Notes: generated by a model not told the origin, from the letters alone. 64,000 nt of DNA from Arenicellales bacterium (GCA_965116335.1 OZ220677.1:228131-292130); one strand, 5' to 3'. Shown: positions 8,601 through 16,889, numbered from the stretch's first letter. Numbers and translations are program-made.

Positions 8601-10022
8601 GGCACGGTAGCCGGACAAGCCTTTACGCTGGGTACATCCAGCCAATCAGAATCCGTCCTGTCTCATTCCAGTATCCATTCGATGGATGATGACTTCGCTT
8701 ACTCCACCGATGCGGTACATGACCGGCATTACTTCGGCGGCACACAGAGCCAGTCTTATGATATGACAGTACGGGAAGCCTTACTCAACAGTTCCTTTAC
8801 CGCCACTGGTGAGAAAGATGCGACAGGCGGCAGTGTATCCTTCTGGGGACGGGCCACACAAGGTCACTTCGATGGACGGGAAGGCGCTTTCTCATTAGAC
8901 GGAGAGACCACCACTGCATTATTGGGTACAGACTATGCCAAAGACAACTGGCTGGTTGGACTGACTCTGATACAAAGTGATGGAGAAGGCCGTTATACCG
9001 ATACCGAACCTGACACCCGCACGCATTCACAACTGTGTACTCAGCAGATGTCCGCACAGGAAAGAAGTGTTCTGTGTGAAGGTGCGGTACGCGAAGGCGA
9101 TGGCGAAGTCGAAGCCTCGCTGACCGCGATTACGCCGTATGCCTCCATTCAAGCCTCTGATTCAATCCGTCTGTGGGGTACGCTTGGACAGGGTAGTGGA
9201 GAAGTCACCCTGCAACCGGAATTGGGCGATGCCATCCCTTCTGATATGAGCTGGAGCATGGCAGCGATGGGAATGCGAGGGGATTTGTTACAACAAGAAC
9301 AGGGACTCTCTCTGGCGCTGACTGCCGATGCCTTATGGTCGCGTACCGAGTCAGACCAGACTCATGCACTGGCGGCCTCCAATGCCAGCACAACCCGTAT
9401 TCGGGCTGGACTGGAGAGTAGCTGGAAGAAGAATCTTGCAAACGGTCAAGTTACGCCCCGTCTGGAAGTCGGTATCAGGCAGGATGGCGGCGATGCAGAG
9501 ACCGGAACGGGGTTAGAGATCGGCGGTGGTATTGCCTGGCAGGATACAAACCTCGGACTCTCTCTTGATCTGTCGGGGCGTACTCTGGTCTCGCATGATT
9601 CAGATGATCTTGAAGATCGGGGAGTTGCTGCATCGTTTATCTTTGATCCAGAACCACAAAGCCAACAGGGACTGTCCCTGACCGTCAATCAGGATTGGGG
9701 GGGACAGTCTACTGGCGGACTGGATGCCTTGTTTGCAGAGCAATCCATCAGTGAACGTACCGGCAGTGCATCAGAGAGTCGCTGGAATGCCCAGGCGGCG
9801 TATGGTTTCCCGGTATTATCGGGACGATTCACGGGCAGTCCGTATATCGGTACGGGGATAACGAATAGTACGCAGGAATATACGCTGGGTTGGAGATTGA
9901 CTCCGGTTCATACCACCGGCAAGGCATTGAACTTTACGATGGATGTCAAGGCGACGCATCGGGAGACTGATGATGATGAACCTACGCAGTTTGTTGGGGT
10001 TGAGGTTGGGGTGCGGTGGTGA
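2595..10022 (+). CDS. Large type Va autotransporter adhesin with Calx-beta-like and Ig-like repeats (about 2,475 aa; start uncertain)
   Basis: The track ORF is 1944..10022, but its first ~217 codons read through the VNTR and REP hairpins. The first credible start is GTG 2595, preceded by AAGGGGGG (2581-2588). That start gives the signal peptide VITGWGAGIHLARRLRSGLSRFLLALPLLTMFATGAQA/QVE. The body is a unique N-terminal domain, then 2 x (Calx-beta-like plus two Ig-like 'TAP.VTSI.R.SPT..D.LTWRVTF' modules), then more Calx-beta-like modules. The C-terminal ~500 aa start at NDDPMPQAWLTRFGRT (about 8494) and end ..VGVEVGVRW with a terminal aromatic residue, as in autotransporter beta-barrels. Confidence 0.85.
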   Translation: MITGWGAGIHLARRLRSGLSRFLLALPLLTMFATGAQAQVECSGGGPYEVPHDWTLKPSGVSSGDNFRLLFLTSATRNASATGIGTYNTFVQTRAKAGHSAITDSCGDEFKVVGSTSAVDARDNTSTTGAGQAIYWLTGAKVADNYADFYDGSWDSYAKKTEAGTNYTGSAFVWTGTNQDGTKSSQPLGNSVVTTGNPVSTGNPLGGTVGSGANSLSFYALSPVFTVGAEPITVSISAPTDANEGNSGTTNKLFTVTLSSAHTAGVSVRVCYSGTATRGASADYQSRFSTAISTNSCATRLIATGSTGTNAYGIQIRGDTTVEPDETVIATLSLVNPPAGVTLGTSTATYTILDDDDTTAPGVTSIERHSPTDHFTNADSLTWRVTFSEAVRNVDTTDFSLVIAHTSVAFPGTTTLAVSSVSTSVYDITASGSGIENVLDNSIQLVFASGHNIEDLSGNALPASPTPTGTDDNSFTLDNTAPTVTSIERQSPTTAMTDEDSLTWRVTFDDTSGEAVVNVDTTDFSVTGTTATITSVSEHATNTFDVTASGGDLDSLTGTVTLSFANTHDITDDVGNALPASPTPTSGTNDNTFEVQNAEVTLSISGPADANEGNSGTRDLDYTVSLSQALTGSDYVGFQICFTGTATIDLTEAATIPASADYQTVSNTNPLNTNCSPLGSFLPSASLTKRGAIIRIKGDTDAESDETVIATLSITSQSGGITLGTSTHTHTILDDDDTTAPGVTSITRHSPTALHTNADSLTWQVTFSEAVRNVDTTDFSLVVATTSVAYPGTTALAVSQVSTSVYDITASGSGIENSDNPVQLKFDSSHDIEDLSSNALPASPTISGVNHAFLLDNTAPTVTSIERQSPTTSMTDEDSLTWRVTFADSGGTIANVDTADFQVTGTTATITSVSEHATNVFDVTASGGDLDSLTGTVTLSFANTHDITDEAGNALTDTTPTSGTNDNTFELQNVIDPDAPKVVSIHRYEQPVQGLGTSLVWRVRFNKHLPNVYASDFTLTGTTAGLDVRHDLSNYDPTTYKTIVHVYAQGGDLDTVSGAVTLNFASNHNIRDYEGRRLASTTPSGANQKTFTLDPNQTLIYFTQPEYYVNEGEDAVLTVKLSRLQETKTTIRLSATPLTATGNGIDYGGQTYEVIIPRRRSSGTFNIEITDKGGREEEENFRVDIHTFDLTGFATAPARGSSTLNAGTYIHILDKETADYHANRKPGLLFDTPSMQWNEADGCTSKSDGTGPGPSYQVKLEKQPLGPVEVWIKDPDDDYRSDPVATGRLYVANRRFLSRYLNEENDQVQKWKDDTHTVLHFTPDNWNTYQRVQVRIRCADHYTAQIPIVHRLYTNYTDDKGKLSHAYPGYTGVVNQTWSVQVRVHDSDPPIVVKGLPPEGQSIAIDEDGHQDFQMTLSPSAFAHESSLTVYLSARGGKAAGVKRRDGDAQSCGGPLDDCLIFTPSNRTQWVRVFAINPGLDQLKVEIPQLQWGDLYHVRDWEMTWPIQVLQGQNAPQNAPAESEQASYQPVTCVSDALLSDVTDYSNETWRSSVDHVERWSRVLAAFGVDNAYSNHPMTIAEAQAQADRGLQRWLPIVPALQCLENPPQEQPQVEEETIPPPTIPEISLSSGSAIDEGGTATFTVTADSAPQSDLTIGYTVSQSGDYLDAPGSGARTVTLVAGATTVSVAIGTVDDAADEVDGAVSVTVDTGNGYTLATNQDSASVPVRDNDEPVVRISAGSGITEGDSATFTVTAHPVPAVPLDMTVTVAQNGEFATSGETGSRTLTLPVTGSATFTVATLDDAVDEPDGSISATINTGAGYIVAEAPNHTASVTVSDNDVTLSSGPTLSIGDATLHENQRTGYFTITLSEAMQWPVTFYYATQDSNPVSARAGEDYIAWQRAWKLRSTINPGQTEKKIYVRLYNDNHDEDPETFQMVIYDAGVSGADATVAIADSTATGTIINDDPMPQAWLTRFGRTIAQQAIDGLSDRIADSRTAGTQGTVAGQAFTLGTSSQSESVLSHSSIHSMDDDFAYSTDAVHDRHYFGGTQSQSYDMTVREALLNSSFTATGEKDATGGSVSFWGRATQGHFDGREGAFSLDGETTTALLGTDYAKDNWLVGLTLIQSDGEGRYTDTEPDTRTHSQLCTQQMSAQERSVLCEGAVREGDGEVEASLTAITPYASIQASDSIRLWGTLGQGSGEVTLQPELGDAIPSDMSWSMAAMGMRGDLLQQEQGLSLALTADALWSRTESDQTHALAASNASTTRIRAGLESSWKKNLANGQVTPRLEVGIRQDGGDAETGTGLEIGGGIAWQDTNLGLSLDLSGRTLVSHDSDDLEDRGVAASFIFDPEPQSQQGLSLTVNQDWGGQSTGGLDALFAEQSISERTGSASESRWNAQAAYGFPVLSGRFTGSPYIGTGITNSTQEYTLGWRLTPVHTTGKALNFTMDVKATHRETDDDEPTQFVGVEVGVRW
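3283..5515 (+). repeat. Two diverged in-frame copies of a ~1.1-kb coding module (Calx-beta-like + 2 Ig-like) inside the autotransporter gene
   Basis: atcctcgacgatgatgatacgactgctccgggcgt occurs at 3648 and 4788 (offset 1140 bp = 380 codons). aacgagggcaa occurs at 3321 and 4425 (offset 1104 bp, i.e. a 36-bp indel between copies). The protein segments are ILDDDDTTAPGVTSIERHSPTDHFTNADSLTWRVTFSEAVRNVDTTDFSLV and ILDDDDTTAPGVTSITRHSPTALHTNADSLTWQVTFSEAVRNVDTTDFSLV. Confidence 0.8.
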
Positions 10023-10900
10023 GTGCCTGATCCTTATGGTTGTGGATTCCCGCCTGCGCGGGAATGACGGGTTGGGGCGTCGGATGGCGGTTGTTGTCCC
10101 CCCATCCAATCCGTTTGGCGGATTGGATTCCCCCTCAAGAGCCTGTCCCCGGCTTGATCGGGGAGGGGAATGATGATGTTGGTGCAAGGTCGAAATGATG
10201 TCGTAGGGGAGGGTCTTGTACCCTCCCGCAGATGTCGGGCGGATATCAACGATACCGGGCACCCACAGAGGGGCGCCCCTACGATGACATCAGGCGCGCA
10301 TCCATATCATTGTGGATTCCCGCATTTGCGGGAAAGACGGGTGGTTGGTGCGTGGGATGGCGGTTGTGGATTCCCGCCTGCGCGGGAAAGACGGGTTGGG
10401 GCGTCGGATGGCGGTTTTGTGCCCCCATCCAATCCGCTTGCGGATTGGATTCCCCCTCAAGGGGGAATGATGTTGATACATGGATCGAAATGATGTCGTA
10501 GGGGAGGGTCTTGTACCCTCCCGCAGATGTCGGGCGGATATCAACGATAGCGGGCACCCACAGAGGGGCGCCCCTACGATGACATCAGGCGCGCATCCAT
10601 ATCATTGTGGATTCCCGTTTGCACGGGAAAGACGGGTTGGGGCGTGGGATGACGATTGTGCCCCCCATCCAATCCGTTTGCGGATTGGATTCCCCCTCAA
10701 GGGGGGAATGATATTCGTCTGGGCACCCATACGATGAACGCGATGTGATTCCCCGGTCTGCGGGGGGATGATGCGATGACGGGTGGTTGGGGCGTCGGAT
10801 GATGGTTGTGGATTCCCGCATTTGCGGGAATGACGGGCTGTTTCATGCGATGACGGTTGTGCCCCCAGGGAGCAGGCTTGCATACCACGCCCGGGATTTG
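10023..10900. repeat. ~880-bp array made only of REP/BIME-like palindromic units (three families, mosaic order)
   Basis: Type A is ccccccatccaatccg(n3-4)gcggattggattccccctcaagggg. Type B is tcgtaggggagggtcttgtaccctcccgcagatgtcgggcggatatcaacgata(c/g)cgggcacccacagaggggcgcccctacgatgac. Type C is gtggattcccgc(n4)gcgggaa(a/t)gacgggttggggcgt. Type B starts at 10201 and 10496, so a ~295-bp composite unit occurs twice in tandem. Many overlapping stop-free ORFs on both strands here are artefacts. Confidence 0.8.
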
Positions 10901-10908
10901 CTAGAATC

Positions 10909-10924
10909 CTGACTAAATAGTCAG
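10909..10924. promoter_or_regulatory. Candidate operator: perfect 16-bp palindrome CTGACTAAATAGTCAG, just downstream of TGCTAGAAT (10899-10907)
   Basis: The 7-bp arms CTGACTA/TAGTCAG are exact reverse complements, and the site ends 11 nt before the xdhA ATG. A one-mismatch copy is at 381-396. Confidence 0.4.
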
Positions 10925-10935
10925 ATTCTTGTAAA

Positions 10936-12411
10936 ATGATCCGGTTTTTGCTCAACACTCAGGAGATCACGCTTTCCGACCTTGAGGCGCAGACCACCGT
11001 GCTGGACTGGCTCAGGCAGGAACGTGGTCTGTGCGGCACCAAGGAGGGGTGCGCCTCCGGTGACTGTGGTGCTTGCACTGTAGTCGTGGCGGAACCGGCG
11101 GAGGAGGGCCTGGTGTACCACTCGCTGAATAGCTGTATTACCTTCCTCGGCGCCCTGCATGGTCGGCAATTGATTGTCGTGGAGCATCTCGCGGACGGTG
11201 ACAGCCTGCACCCTGTACAGCAGGCTATGGTGGATCATCATGGTTCCCAGTGCGGTTTTTGTACGCCGGGGTTCGTGATGTCTCTGTTTGCGCTGGGCAA
11301 GCAGCCTGCCCACTCTGGCGAGAAGGAGAGGCGGCAGGCTATTCATGAGCATCTTGGCGGTAACTTGTGTCGCTGCACCGGATACCGTCCGATTATGGAT
11401 GCCGCGATGGCATTGACTGCGGCCGAAACACCGGATCGGTTTGATCGCGAATCCGGTACAATCTGTGAGCGCCTGGAGCGGATTCGGTTACAAGACGGTA
11501 ATTTGGTCAATAACGGCGACAGGACTGGCCTTGCGGGATTTCTGATTCCCCGTAACGTTGCCGAACTCTCCCGGGCATACCTCGACTGCCCGGATGCAAG
11601 GTTGCTGGGTGGCGGTACTGACCTCGCGCTCGAAGTGACCCAGCAACTGAAAACCCTGGATCGGATCATTCTTCTTGAGCGGGTCACAGAGCTTCTGCAG
11701 GTGACGAAAAGCGACGGCTGGCTGACCGTAGGAGCGGCAGTGTCCCTGAGCCGTTGTCTGGAATTGTTCGCTACCCATTACCCGGTAGTTACTGACCTTC
11801 TTCTGCGATTCGGTTCGCGCCAGATACGCAACTCTGGCACTGTGGGCGGGAATATCGCCAATGCCTCACCGATTGGTGACTTGCCACCCGTTCTGCTGGC
11901 GCTTGGGGCCAGGCTTATCCTGCAACGCGGGGACGACCAAAGGTCGCTATCGCTGGATGATTTTTTCCGCAGTTACCGTGTGACCGCCCTTGCACAAGGA
12001 GAATTTATTCATAGCGTGTCCCTGCCGTTGCCGACATCCGGGCAGTTTTTCCGCGTCTACAAGGTAGCCAAGCGGATGGACGATGATATTTCCGCAGTCT
12101 GTCTTGCGGTGAATCTGACGCTGGCAGGAGAAGGACACGATGCCATGATCCGCCGCGCGAGAATCGGGGTTGGCGGAATGGCGGCTATTCCCGCCCGTGC
12201 GCTGGCCTGTGAAGCGGTGATGGTCGACAAACCGTTCAACGAGACTACGGTGACCTTGGCCGCCGATGCCATTGCCGGGGAATTCCATCCCATCGACGAT
12301 GCTCGCGCCAGCGCCGCTTACCGCACGCAACTGGCGCAAAACCTGTTGCGCCGCTGCTTGCTGGAGTTTGGTGGAGCCGAATTTCCCTTGCGAGTGACCG
12401 ATGTCCATTGA
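10936..12411 (+). CDS. xdhA: Xanthine dehydrogenase small subunit (2Fe-2S + FAD-binding)
   Basis: 491-aa ORF. Two [2Fe-2S] motifs (CGTKEGCASGDCGACTV and CGFCTPGFVMS...CRCTGYRPI) are followed by an FAD-binding domain (LLGGGTDL, GTVGGNIANASPIGD). It overlaps xdhB by 11 nt. Confidence 0.9.
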   Translation: MIRFLLNTQEITLSDLEAQTTVLDWLRQERGLCGTKEGCASGDCGACTVVVAEPAEEGLVYHSLNSCITFLGALHGRQLIVVEHLADGDSLHPVQQAMVDHHGSQCGFCTPGFVMSLFALGKQPAHSGEKERRQAIHEHLGGNLCRCTGYRPIMDAAMALTAAETPDRFDRESGTICERLERIRLQDGNLVNNGDRTGLAGFLIPRNVAELSRAYLDCPDARLLGGGTDLALEVTQQLKTLDRIILLERVTELLQVTKSDGWLTVGAAVSLSRCLELFATHYPVVTDLLLRFGSRQIRNSGTVGGNIANASPIGDLPPVLLALGARLILQRGDDQRSLSLDDFFRSYRVTALAQGEFIHSVSLPLPTSGQFFRVYKVAKRMDDDISAVCLAVNLTLAGEGHDAMIRRARIGVGGMAAIPARALACEAVMVDKPFNETTVTLAADAIAGEFHPIDDARASAAYRTQLAQNLLRRCLLEFGGAEFPLRVTDVH

Positions 12412-14710
12412 GAGACCCCGCCAGGTCGGGCAGTCCCTGAGCCATGACAGCGCACGTGGTCATGTTACCGGCGCGGCGATTTATGTGGACGATCGGGTGC
12501 CCCGGCAGGGTCAACTGTATGCCTGTGTAGGGGGCAGCGCGATCACCCGTGGCCGTGTCAAATCCATGAGTCTGGATGCGGTGCGCGCGGCTCCCGGCGT
12601 GGTCGACGTAATCACCGCGGCGGAAGTGCCCGGACAGCTGGATATTGGCCCGGTATTCCCCGGTGACCCGTTGTTGGTGGCTGAGGAGATCGAATATCAT
12701 GGGCAGCCACTGTTCGCTGTTCTGGCGAGCAGTCATGATCTTGCGCGCCGCGCCCTTGCCCTTGCCGAAATTGAATATGAGGAGATGGAGCCGGTACTGG
12801 AACTGGAGCAGGCTATTGCTGATGCGTATTATGTGCGGCCTGCCTACCGGATGCGGCGAGGAGACGCCAGCGCCGTGTTGGGAAAGGCGTCCGGGCGATT
12901 CCAGGGCGAGCTTCGGGTGGGTGGGCAGGAACATTTCTACCTGGAGGGACAGGTTTCGCTGGCGATACCGGAGGAGGAGGGTGGCATGACCCTGTACACT
13001 TCCTCGCAGAATCCTACCGAGGCCCAGAAACTGGTGGCGAAGGTACTGGGCATCCCCATGCACAAGGTCAACGTCATCACCCGGCGGATGGGTGGAGGAT
13101 TTGGCGGCAAGGAAACCCACGGCTCCCCCTGGTCCTGTATCGCCGCGGTCTTCGCAAGTCGCAACGGCTGTGCTGTCTCCTGCAGGTTGTCACGCCGGGA
13201 TGATATGGTCATGACCGGCAAGCGGCACAATTTCCTGAATCATTATGATGTCTGTCACGATAAGCAAGGTCGGTTGGAGGCCATACAGTACCGTCTTGCC
13301 GGGCAATGCGGCAACTCACCGGATCTGTCGGACGCTATCGTGGATCGGGCAATGTTCCATTGCGACAATGCCTATTACATCCCGGATGTCCTGATTGACG
13401 GGTTGCGTTGCAAGACTCACACGGTTTCTGCCACAGCCTTCCGGGGTTTCGGCGGTCCCCAGGGGATGATCACCGTAGAGGCGATCATGGATGAAATTGC
13501 TTTTCGTACCGCTCGGGACCCGCTGGATGTGCGGCGGACGAATCTCTACAATACCACAGACCGTAACGTCACCCCCTATCACCAGCGGATCACTGACTTT
13601 TCGGTTCCGCGTATTCTGCAGCAACTGGAAGTGGAGTCTGATTACCGGGTTCGCCGCGAGGCAATCCGCGCATTCAACTGCCAAAGCCCGGTGCTGAAGA
13701 AGGGTATCGCGCTGACTCCGGTAAAGTTCGGTATTTCTTTCACCGTGCTCCATCTCAATCAGGCGGGTGCCCTGATCCATGTCTATACGGACGGTAGCAT
13801 CCACTTGAACCACGGCGGAACCGAAATGGGACAGGGCCTGATGACCCGGGTACAGCAGGTTGTAGCAGAGGAGTTCCAGGTCAATCCGGCGCGTATCGTA
13901 ATTTCTGCCACCCGTACCGACAAGGTGCCCAATACCTCGCCCACTGCGGCCTCATCCGGTGCCGACATCAACGGCATGGCGGCATTGAACGCGGCGCGTA
14001 CTATTCGTCGGCGGATGACTTCTTTTCTGGCGGAGAAATACGGTGTCGACGAGTCGCAAGTCGTGTTCCGGGACGAGCGGGTGTATATGGGCGATCACGT
14101 GCTTGAGTTCGGGCAGGCGGCAAAGGAGTCCTGGATGGGCCGGGTCTCCCTGTCCGCTACAGGTTTCTATCGGACTCCCGAGATCCATTACGACCGGGCG
14201 CAAGCCTGCGGACGCCCGTTCTTCTACTACGCCAATGGCGCCGCCGTGTCAGAAGTGGTGATTGACACGCTCACCGGGGAATCCCGGTTGCTACGAGTCG
14301 ACATCCTGCACGATGTCGGGCGTTCCCTCAACCCGGCCATCGACATCGGCCAGATTGAGGGCGGCTTTATCCAGGGCTTCGGCTGGCTTACCTGCGAGGA
14401 ATTGAAATGGGACCAGGCGGGTCGGCTGCTGACCGATTCTCCGGCCACCTACAAAATTCCAGCCATATCTGACATGCCGCCGGTCTTTAATACCCGACTG
14501 CTGGCCGATGCAGATAACAGCGAACCGACCATCTTCCGCTCCAAAGCGGTTGGCGAACCGCCGCTGATGCTGGCTATTTCCGCCTGGTGCGCGATTCGTG
14601 ATGCGGTGGCGGCAGTCGGTGAGTACCGGGTTTTCCCGGAGTTGCATGCGCCAGCCACGCCGGAGGAGATCCTGCGCTCGGTGAACGGTGTGCGGGAGCG
14701 GTCTTTATGA
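12401..14710 (+). CDS. xdhB: Xanthine dehydrogenase molybdopterin-binding large subunit
   Basis: 769-aa ORF with typical XDH/aldehyde oxidase motifs (GGGFGGKE, AFRGFGGPQG, GTEMGQGL, the FRSKAVGEPPL motif carrying the catalytic Glu). It follows xdhA, and its stop overlaps the xdhC start as ATGA (14707-14710). Confidence 0.92.
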   Translation: MSIERPRQVGQSLSHDSARGHVTGAAIYVDDRVPRQGQLYACVGGSAITRGRVKSMSLDAVRAAPGVVDVITAAEVPGQLDIGPVFPGDPLLVAEEIEYHGQPLFAVLASSHDLARRALALAEIEYEEMEPVLELEQAIADAYYVRPAYRMRRGDASAVLGKASGRFQGELRVGGQEHFYLEGQVSLAIPEEEGGMTLYTSSQNPTEAQKLVAKVLGIPMHKVNVITRRMGGGFGGKETHGSPWSCIAAVFASRNGCAVSCRLSRRDDMVMTGKRHNFLNHYDVCHDKQGRLEAIQYRLAGQCGNSPDLSDAIVDRAMFHCDNAYYIPDVLIDGLRCKTHTVSATAFRGFGGPQGMITVEAIMDEIAFRTARDPLDVRRTNLYNTTDRNVTPYHQRITDFSVPRILQQLEVESDYRVRREAIRAFNCQSPVLKKGIALTPVKFGISFTVLHLNQAGALIHVYTDGSIHLNHGGTEMGQGLMTRVQQVVAEEFQVNPARIVISATRTDKVPNTSPTAASSGADINGMAALNAARTIRRRMTSFLAEKYGVDESQVVFRDERVYMGDHVLEFGQAAKESWMGRVSLSATGFYRTPEIHYDRAQACGRPFFYYANGAAVSEVVIDTLTGESRLLRVDILHDVGRSLNPAIDIGQIEGGFIQGFGWLTCEELKWDQAGRLLTDSPATYKIPAISDMPPVFNTRLLADADNSEPTIFRSKAVGEPPLMLAISAWCAIRDAVAAVGEYRVFPELHAPATPEEILRSVNGVRERSL

Positions 14711-15495
14711 ACTGGCTCCATGCCGCCGCCCGGTTGTCCGCAGACAACCAGGGTTTCGTGATGGTCACCGTGCTGGAGACGCGCGGTTCTACCCCCAGAG
14801 ATCAACAATCCAGGATGGTGGTTACGGCAAACACGAGCTATGATTCCATCGGTGGCGGTAATCTCGAATTTTGCGCTATGAAACACGCAAGAGAATTGCT
14901 TTCACAGGGACGTTCTGGCAATGAACGCCAGCATTACACGCTGGGAAAAGACGTTCTACAGTGTTGCGGGGGGCAGGTGGAACTCCTCTACGAATGCTTC
15001 CCTGCCTGTGGCTTCCAGGTCGCTCTTTTCGGCGCGGGTCATGTCGGCAAGGCACTGGTGCGGATTCTGGCGGACTTGCCCTGCCGGGTTACCTGGCTCG
15101 ATAACCGTGAGGATGTCCTGACCGCTTCGGTTGAGGAATCCGGCGCGCCGGCCAATGTTACTCCCCGATGGGTGGATAATCCGCCGCTTGCGGTGGAGCA
15201 ACTGCCGCCCGATGTCTGGTATCTGGTCATGACTCACAGCCATGCGATTGACTTCGAGCTTGTGGAGGCCATACTGACACGCGGCGACTTCCCCTATTGT
15301 GGCCTGATTGGTTCCCGCTCCAAGTCTGCTAAATTCCGCAAGAGATTATCGCGCATGGGTTTCTCGGATGCTGAGCTTGAGCGGCTGGTATCTCCTGTTG
15401 GTATGGACCTGGGTGGCGGTAAAACGCCCATGGAAGTGGCTGTGTCGGTAGCTGCCCAGCTGCTCAGCCAATATCGGGCGAAGAGCCGCGAGTGA
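14707..15495 (+). CDS. xdhC: XdhC/CoxI-family xanthine dehydrogenase maturation factor
   Basis: 262-aa ORF. The N-terminal XdhC_CoxI pattern (VMVTVLETRGSTPRD) and Rossmann-like GAGHVGKALV fit the family, as does its position after xdhAB. The 3' end overlaps the convergent guaD by 32 nt. Confidence 0.85.
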   Translation: MNWLHAAARLSADNQGFVMVTVLETRGSTPRDQQSRMVVTANTSYDSIGGGNLEFCAMKHARELLSQGRSGNERQHYTLGKDVLQCCGGQVELLYECFPACGFQVALFGAGHVGKALVRILADLPCRVTWLDNREDVLTASVEESGAPANVTPRWVDNPPLAVEQLPPDVWYLVMTHSHAIDFELVEAILTRGDFPYCGLIGSRSKSAKFRKRLSRMGFSDAELERLVSPVGMDLGGGKTPMEVAVSVAAQLLSQYRAKSRE

Positions 15496-16813
15496 CGGGC
15501 GTTCCGTCATCTGCCCAATCGCGCCGGTGGGCAATCTCTCCCAATATCCGGGTTTCCCGGATGGCGCGGTCATCACCGAGCATCTGTAGCGCGAACAATC
15601 GTTCCATCAGATTATTGCAGCGCTGTATGCGCCGCTTGATCAATGGAGTGGCGCGGTAGTCAAGCACGACGAAATCAGCCTCCTTGCCGGGCTCGAAATT
15701 GCCGATATACCGATCCAGGTCCAGCATTTTGGCTCCGCCCAGAGTGGCCAGGTAAAGTGACTGGAACGGCGACAGATTATAGTCCTGAAGCTGTTGTACC
15801 TTGTAGGCTTCGTTGATCACCCGGAGCAGGGAAAAACTGTCGCCGCCACCAACGTCCGTGCCGAGACCGGTATGGACGCGATGTTCGAGCGCGGCGCGAT
15901 AGTCGAACAGACCGCTGCCGATGAACAGGTTTGACAGTGGACAGTGGGCGATACCGGAGCCGGAATCCGCGAGTCGTTGCCATTCGCTGTCGTGCAGATG
16001 GATGCCGTGAGCGAAAACCGACCGCCGACCGAGCAAGCCGTGCTGGTCGTAAACATCCAGATATCCGCTGGCCTCAGGAAACAATTCCGCTACCCAGCGA
16101 CATTCTCCGGCGTTTTCCGCAAGGTGGGTATGCAGGTGCACTCCAGGATGCTCGGTAAGCAACTGGCTCGCCATGTCGAGTTGTTGCGGGCTGGAAGTGA
16201 CCGCGAAACGGGGAGTTACCGCATATCCCAGACGGCCCACATTGTGCCAGCGTTTGATCAGTGATTTGCTGTCCTGATAGCTGGTCTTTGCCGTATCGCA
16301 AAGATATTCCGGGGCATTGCGATCCATCATAACCTTGCCACAGATCATACGCAGGTTACGCTGATGAGCCTGTGAGAAAAAGGCCTCGACAGATTGAGGA
16401 TGTACCGTGCCGAAAACCAGGGCAGTTGTGGTGCCGTTGCGTAGCAGTTCGTCGAGGAAGAACGAGGTCACACTGTTGGCATGATCCATGTCTCCGAACT
16501 TCCGTTCTGCCGGGAAAGTATGGGTTTGTAACCAATCCAGCAGTTGGGTGCCATAAGCCGCGATAATGTCACATTGCGGGTAGTGGATATGGGTATCTAC
16601 AAACCCCGGCGTTATCAGGGCATCCGGATGGTGCAGGATGGTTGTGTCCGGGGAAATCCTGGTCCGCAGACTGTCGAAAGGCCCCGCATCTACCACCAGT
16701 CCATCCTCGATGAGTAGCAGGCCATCGGGGAAATGTATGATCGCCTCTTGTCCGAACAGGGCGGGGTTGTCGAGGAAGTATAGGATTTCCCCGCGATGAG
16801 CAGTCATTGTCAT
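15464..16813 (-). CDS. guaD: Guanine deaminase
   Basis: Strong full-length resemblance to E. coli GuaD from memory (PGFVDTHIHYPQ, RNGTTTALVFGTVHPQSV, GKVMMDRNAPEYL, AVTPRFAVTSSPQQL, HTHLAEN, LGTDVGGG, PGKEADFVVLD). The start is set to ATG 16813 (MTMTAHRGEILYF); the track start at 16849 is a TTG lying inside the promoter palindrome. Confidence 0.9.
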   Translation of the reverse strand: MTMTAHRGEILYFLDNPALFGQEAIIHFPDGLLLIEDGLVVDAGPFDSLRTRISPDTTILHHPDALITPGFVDTHIHYPQCDIIAAYGTQLLDWLQTHTFPAERKFGDMDHANSVTSFFLDELLRNGTTTALVFGTVHPQSVEAFFSQAHQRNLRMICGKVMMDRNAPEYLCDTAKTSYQDSKSLIKRWHNVGRLGYAVTPRFAVTSSPQQLDMASQLLTEHPGVHLHTHLAENAGECRWVAELFPEASGYLDVYDQHGLLGRRSVFAHGIHLHDSEWQRLADSGSGIAHCPLSNLFIGSGLFDYRAALEHRVHTGLGTDVGGGDSFSLLRVINEAYKVQQLQDYNLSPFQSLYLATLGGAKMLDLDRYIGNFEPGKEADFVVLDYRATPLIKRRIQRCNNLMERLFALQMLGDDRAIRETRILGEIAHRRDWADDGTPVTRGSSPDIG

Positions 16814-16820
16814 ACCATTG

Positions 16821-16863
16821 ATTATAGAAAAAATTGACCAAATGGCCAAATTTTTTCTATAAT
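16821..16863. promoter_or_regulatory. Perfect 15-bp inverted repeat ATTATAGAAAAAATT-N13-AATTTTTTCTATAAT carrying one TATAAT box facing each way
   Basis: The arms at 16821-16835 and 16849-16863 are exact reverse complements. Each outer end reads TATAAT toward the adjacent gene, guaD on the - strand and uraD on the + strand. This is the AT-rich divergent intergenic region. Confidence 0.5.
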
Positions 16864-16889
16864 AATCGGATTGCAGCCGGATATGATCA

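Noticed and set aside
10023-10958. Overlapping ORFs of 63-148 aa on both strands between the autotransporter gene and xdhA
   Set aside because: They are entirely composed of REP-like palindromic units, and the same 'peptides' appear on both strands. They have no start context or coding periodicity.
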